This document shows, piece by piece, positions 60,851-64,000 of a DNA stretch of 64,000 bases. The notes below the pieces were generated by a model. It made no database searches. It was not told where the DNA came from and saw only the letters and a program-made list of their open reading frames with translations. Position numbers and translations under genes: made by a program. The stretch comes from Thermoproteota archaeon (lineage in GTDB: Archaea > Asgardarchaeota > Njordarchaeia > Njordarchaeales > Panguiarchaeaceae): contig JANJXX010000002.1 in assembly GCA_024720975.1 (NCBI GenBank), positions 112,763 to 176,762 of the forward strand, given 5' to 3'. Position 1 is the stretch's first letter. The number at the start of each line of letters is the position of its first letter.

Positions 60851-62299
60851 TTGAGCACAAAATCAATTGAGAGAAAAAGTGTTCCGCTCTTTATGATATT
60901 ATTAGTGCTGTCTCTGGCATATTTCGTCTCAACAGCTTTTCTGTTTCATGTAAGTAATGTGAAAGACGCTGAATACTACTCTGCAGAATGGTTCCTAGAA
61001 AACTCTCATGCGATAATACCCACGTTTCCACTCCTTAACATTACTCCACCTAATTACACGCTCCAATTTTCATTCGAGGTTGTTGGTGACGCCAGAACTT
61101 ACGGCTGGAGATTTATTATCCTCAGTGAATATGCCACAGGGAAGGGGTGGGTTGTAGGTAATCTTAGCCAGGAGCCTTATCTAATGAATACCACGGAGCA
61201 TTTCTTTCTGGTGAGGTTACTCCCGCTTCCTATAGAAGTGCTTCGAAGCTTTCCTCTAGTAACGCTATGGGATGTTATGCACCAACGTCCAATTATATCA
61301 TCATTTTCACCATACATTTCAACAGTTAGCCACTTTGAATGTTACCTAGGGATATTGAAGCCAGATGATATCGTAACCGTGGACGTCTCAAGCCCAGAAG
61401 AGGGTCTAATAGGCTTCCGGTATTTAGCACACTTCACTCCTACGAACTTTCATGATATGCCTAGTTCTTTTTCCAAAGTTAATGAAACAAAGACCGAGGC
61501 GCAAAGAAATAGTGCTATTCGTGATTATTTAAAAATTCCCTCAGACTACTTTTCAATGTATCCTAAAGTACTAGAGTTAGTTGAAAATGTATCACTGCCG
61601 CCCGAAAGATCTGTTTATGATCAGCTAACAAGTACTTTAGCTTACATTTTTGCAAACTTTGAGTTAAGGGAGAGTATTAACGTGGTGCGTGATCCTGTAG
61701 CAGATTTTATTGAAAATGGTGGAGGGCCACCCACTGGATTTGTTAATGTCACAGCATTTATACTCAGAGCACTTGGCATACCGACTCGTATAGTAATTGG
61801 TTTTATTGGTGGGGGCTATTCTAAATCCACAAATACTACGACATACTCACTAGAGAATTTGGCAGCATGGATAGAAATATGGGATAAGAACATTGGCTGG
61901 ATCCCAATTTGGGTTTATCCACTTATGTTCAAGGTGTCTAATATTCTGGCTCCCATAACAGCCCAGGTACAGGCACCCAGAACCATAGAGAACTATCCAG
62001 CGGCACGTATCAATGAGTCTATAACAATTAATGTAAGTCTGGAGGGGAATTTCAGTACTTTTGAGAATACACAGGCTGAAATATATGATCTAAACGCGTC
62101 TTTAAGGATCGGTAGCGTAGTCATTCGAAAAATTGGCGAAGGTAAGTATGGGTTCTCGTTTGATTTCAGTTACGATGCAGTTTACAGTGGCTCTGGGATG
62201 AATGTTGTTTACGGCAGACATGTTATCGTTGTGAGAATGCATTCAGTGTATCTATTCCTAGAACTTGTTTTGCTCAGAATGACTACCATCAGCTCGTGA
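60851..62299 (+). CDS. Membrane-anchored, probably N-glycosylated protein with a transglutaminase-like domain whose catalytic residues are substituted
   Basis: N-terminal TM helix. The core GFVNVTAFILRALGIPTRIVIGFIGG...AAWIEIWDKNIGWIPI resembles a transglutaminase-like fold (G.C..fa.l..alR.lGIPAR.V.G ... HAWvEvy..g.GW) but lacks the Cys and His. Many N-x-S/T sequons. Confidence 0.4.
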   Translation: MSTKSIERKSVPLFMILLVLSLAYFVSTAFLFHVSNVKDAEYYSAEWFLENSHAIIPTFPLLNITPPNYTLQFSFEVVGDARTYGWRFIILSEYATGKGWVVGNLSQEPYLMNTTEHFFLVRLLPLPIEVLRSFPLVTLWDVMHQRPIISSFSPYISTVSHFECYLGILKPDDIVTVDVSSPEEGLIGFRYLAHFTPTNFHDMPSSFSKVNETKTEAQRNSAIRDYLKIPSDYFSMYPKVLELVENVSLPPERSVYDQLTSTLAYIFANFELRESINVVRDPVADFIENGGGPPTGFVNVTAFILRALGIPTRIVIGFIGGGYSKSTNTTTYSLENLAAWIEIWDKNIGWIPIWVYPLMFKVSNILAPITAQVQAPRTIENYPAARINESITINVSLEGNFSTFENTQAEIYDLNASLRIGSVVIRKIGEGKYGFSFDFSYDAVYSGSGMNVVYGRHVIVVRMHSVYLFLELVLLRMTTISS

Positions 62300-63967
62300 G
62301 CGTCTTTTCAATGCTGCCTGGATGAGTCCAACGAACAAAGGATGCGGTTTCAAAGGTCTCGAGCTATACTCTGGATGGTATTGAACACCTATGTAAAACT
62401 GATGATCCTTAAGCTCAAAAGCGGCGATATTGCCCTCGGCATCAATTGCACTTACAATGTAGCCATGATTGGCAAATATTTTAACGAAATCCCAGACTAT
62501 ATGATAACGGTGTCGAAACCTTTCCCTAGTCTTGTTTGACCCATACAATTCATAAAGCTTGGTATTTTCGATTATTTTAATTTCGATTCCCCCAAGACGC
62601 ATTGTACCTCCTAAGTTAGTCACTGATCTTTGCTCTGGAAGTATATCTACTACGGGATATGGGGTTTCTGGGTCTATCTCAGTGGAATTTGCTCTTTCTA
62701 AGCCAACAATATACCGCGCAAAGGCTGCTGTAGCAAGTTGCGCACCAAAACAGATCCCTAGAAATGGTGTGCCAGTTCTTAGTGCATAATATGCGGCCCT
62801 GATCATCCCCTCGGAGCCTCTTTTCCCGAAACCAGGCGTGAGAATTATAGCGTCATAGGCTTGGAGATGTTGAATTCCCTCTCTTTCGATAGCTTCTGAA
62901 TCGATAATAGCTATTTCAGGTCTCACTTGATAGTAGGCACTAGCATGTCTTAGTGCCTCTAGTATTGATATATATGTATCCTTAGTTAGTGTATACTTAC
63001 CAACAAGTGCTATGTTAACCACTTCTCTCGGGCTTTTAAGTGCGTGTATGAAGGATGACCACTTATTTATAAGCTCTGTATCCAATGATCGCTTGTCTAG
63101 GCCAAGGATATTAAATATGTATTCGTGAATTTTCTGTTGCATCAGCGTGAATATTAACTCATAGATAATAGCAACATTAGGTGCTACGAAAACGCCATTA
63201 ATGGGAACATTAGAATATAGCGAAAGCTTTCGTTTGGCTTCTAATGGTAAATTGTTTTCATCTACGCGTGCTACTATAGCATCGCACGTGAGCCCGGACT
63301 CTAGAAGTAGCCGAAAACTATGCTGGGCGGGCTTAGTTTTGAATTCGCCAGTATTTTTTAGAAAAGGAACCCAAACAATATGAACAATCATGACAGCTTT
63401 GGGAGGTAACTCATACTTAAGTTGTCGGATTGCTTCCAAGAAGACGCTTGCTTCATAATCGCCAACAGTACCTCCTATTTCTACGATCGTTACTTCATGT
63501 TTACTAGCTATCTCTAATATTCTTCTCTTTATTTCTTCAGTAACGTGTGGAATCAGCTGAACAGTCCTTCCGAGATATTTCCCAGAGCGCTCTCTTAAGA
63601 TAACTGAAAGATATACCTGTCCGCTTGTGATATTATGGGATGGGTGCAAATTTTGATGCAAAAATCGTTCATAAGTCCCAAAATCTTGGTCAACCTCGCA
63701 GATTCTATATGATAAATCACGAGCAGGTCTGAAATCCCAAATTTGATCAAGTACGTAGACCTCTCCATGTTCGTGTGGGTTCATTAGACCAGCGTCGAGG
63801 TTAATGTAGGGATCTACTTTTGCGATTGTTGTGTTGAAACCGCAGATTTTAAGTATCGTTGCTATGCTTGCTGCTATAGTTCCTTTGCCGATACCAGATA
63901 GTGAACCCGTTATGAATATCAGCTTCAAAAGTAACCACCAAACAGGCATTCGTAGCATAACGTACAA
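62258..63967 (-). CDS. pyrG: CTP synthase
   Basis: N-terminal synthetase P-loop ITGSLSGIGKGTIAAS and a C-terminal class I glutamine amidotransferase domain (GICFGAQL). The true start is probably downstream of the track start. The 3' end overlaps the convergent gene by ~40 nt. Confidence 0.9.
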   Translation of the reverse strand: MYVMLRMPVWWLLLKLIFITGSLSGIGKGTIAASIATILKICGFNTTIAKVDPYINLDAGLMNPHEHGEVYVLDQIWDFRPARDLSYRICEVDQDFGTYERFLHQNLHPSHNITSGQVYLSVILRERSGKYLGRTVQLIPHVTEEIKRRILEIASKHEVTIVEIGGTVGDYEASVFLEAIRQLKYELPPKAVMIVHIVWVPFLKNTGEFKTKPAQHSFRLLLESGLTCDAIVARVDENNLPLEAKRKLSLYSNVPINGVFVAPNVAIIYELIFTLMQQKIHEYIFNILGLDKRSLDTELINKWSSFIHALKSPREVVNIALVGKYTLTKDTYISILEALRHASAYYQVRPEIAIIDSEAIEREGIQHLQAYDAIILTPGFGKRGSEGMIRAAYYALRTGTPFLGICFGAQLATAAFARYIVGLERANSTEIDPETPYPVVDILPEQRSVTNLGGTMRLGGIEIKIIENTKLYELYGSNKTRERFRHRYHIVWDFVKIFANHGYIVSAIDAEGNIAAFELKDHQFYIGVQYHPEYSSRPLKPHPLFVGLIQAALKRRSRADGSHSEQNKF

Positions 63968-64000
63968 TGATACGAAAGTAGATTGATGTAGATGCTTAAA

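Overview
The window is a dense archaeal chromosomal region of about 40% GC, with short intergenic spacers, typical archaeal informational genes, and a Shine-Dalgarno-like GGAGG 6 nt upstream of sucC. Most of it is housekeeping. Recognised genes include succinyl-CoA synthetase (sucCD) and a four-subunit 2-oxoacid:ferredoxin oxidoreductase (porGDAB). Two V/A-type ATP synthase catalytic subunit genes (atpA, atpB) lie about 47 kb apart with no other atp genes nearby. Information-processing genes include the DNA polymerase D large subunit (DP2), PriS, archaeal DnaG, an RPA-like OB-fold protein, an Lhr helicase, aCPSF1, ABCE1, TFB, EndA, Pop5, RNase Z, Csl4, TruA, KsgA, GatD and an MtaB-like methylthiotransferase. 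Also present are proteasome alpha and beta, PRPP synthetase, PyrB, PyrG, Memo-like and archaemetzincin genes, two GPN-loop GTPase paralogues, and scattered ribosomal protein genes (S26e, S19-L22, S17). Finding S26e alongside PolD and a zinc-ribbon RPA points to a TACK-type archaeon that is not a classical crenarchaeon. One tRNA-Leu(GAG) is present. No rRNA, CRISPR array, transposase or integrase was seen. Second-look items are listed below. (1) A roughly 1 kb ORF-free AT-rich region (34.2-35.2 kb) carries a perfect origin-recognition-box core (TCCAGTGGAAA followed by GGGGGG) and is flanked by divergent winged-helix regulator genes, so it is a candidate replication origin. (2) A stand-alone 834-aa BREX-like PglZ-domain protein sits immediately beside the tRNA-Leu without any other BREX genes. 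(3) The atpA N-terminus is encoded in frame upstream of the first canonical start codon, with no ATG, GTG or TTG between it and the preceding stop. (4) A 625-aa cytoplasmic protein is beta-rich and internally repetitive, of unknown function. (5) A JAMM/MPN+ protein and an archaemetzincin form a small cluster. (6) Two proteins look like degenerate enzymes: a DHH-like protein and a transglutaminase-like membrane protein.
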